A stretch of 34,944 nt of DNA, from assembly GCF_001194135.2 (NCBI RefSeq), contig NC_068997.1, forward strand, positions 3,973,622-4,008,565, in the 5' to 3' direction. Shown piece by piece: positions 34,214 through 34,944 of the stretch. The first letter of the stretch is position 1. Every line of letters starts with the position of its first letter. Below the pieces are notes generated by a model. That model ran no database searches. It was given only the letters and a program-made list of their open reading frames with translations, and had not been told where the DNA came from. The stretch comes from Octopus bimaculoides (taxonomy: Eukaryota). Both the position numbers and the translations under genes were made by a program.

Positions 34214-34753
34214 TGTAGGGATCTAGCTCGACTTTGCTTGAGATTTGAAACCAAATCCACCCGCTTGCTGCTTGTCAAAACGAGTGGGAAATCCTTTCCA
34301 CATTAGATGATTGATGAGGAAACACTCGACCCGCTAGGACCTGTGCTGGTCAAGGAAAAGTCAGTCCTTTGTTTAGGGTTTCACCTACATTGCTGGCCAT
34401 AGTCTATATAACAGAGAGAATTTCCCATCTCTCGCTCTTTTGCGTCGCCATGACCAAGACCAGCACTTTCCTGAGCCGCAAGAAAGACCATGCTACCTCT
34501 ATCCTTTCTTCCTTTCTAGTCAGCACCGTGCATTCCTTACTCTTTCATTCTCAACTGACAGACAACCCCTTTTTCTACACTATCAACTACTAATCAGCGA
34601 GCCATCCTTGTCACTATCACTGGAATTGCTACTATCTCTCTAACTACTTGTCGGGTAAACGAATAAACATATGTAAATAATATTTTTTCCTTCTTGGTGT
34701 TGATTCTTCCATGTTTACTGGTTACTCCGAAACGAGAACTTTGAAGCCTTACA
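34214..34753 (+). mobile_element. Probable solo LTR (Gypsy or BEL type)
   Basis: It starts TGTAGGG and ends CCTTACA (imperfect terminal inverted repeat, TG...CA). There is a TATA box (TATATAA at 34405), a pyrimidine-rich start ~30 bp downstream and AATAAA at 34662. The 4 bp flanks tata/tcta have one mismatch. Confidence 0.55.
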
Positions 34754-34891
34754 TCTACACCATACATTCAGTAGTGTGCTACATCATATCGACCTGATAT
34801 CACATCTTTCAAATAGCCCATTACATGCACATTAAACTAATATTAAAACCTTTCCCGTCAAAAACGGGTGTATAAAGATAAGATATAGTAT

Positions 34892-34944
<53 letters not shown>

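Noticed and set aside
34450-34593. MTKTSTFLSRKK.. after a TOP-like start, faintly like the RPL37 N-terminus (MTKGTSSFGKR)
   Set aside because: Similarity ends within ~12 residues and the zinc-finger cysteines are absent. The LTR interpretation fits better.

Overview
This window is AT-rich, microsatellite-saturated eukaryotic (animal) DNA with many N gaps. The tRNA-derived SINE families look like octopus/cephalopod SINEs, but the taxon is inferred from recognition, not from a search. I found no intact host gene, and nearly all listed ORFs are translations of microsatellites or gaps. The recognisable content is a mobile-element graveyard. It holds four R4/Dong-like (RLE) LINE fragments, two Tx1-like L1-clade 3' ends, one RTE-like 3' end, two Penelope-like (PLE) remnants, two DD37D (maT) Tc1/mariner copies, one further Tc1/mariner remnant, at least three tRNA-SINE families, a probable solo LTR and a ~1.1 kb element with ~200 bp terminal inverted repeats. 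Two items stand out. The first is a structurally complete type I hammerhead ribozyme on the minus strand (9674-9744), downstream of and co-oriented with a PLE remnant. The second is a train of three retrotransposon 3' ends from two LINE clades, each bounded by (TAA)n tracts (22765-24215). Related elements elsewhere in the window abut (TTC)n and (CATA)n, which suggests a set of microsatellite-targeting retroelements.
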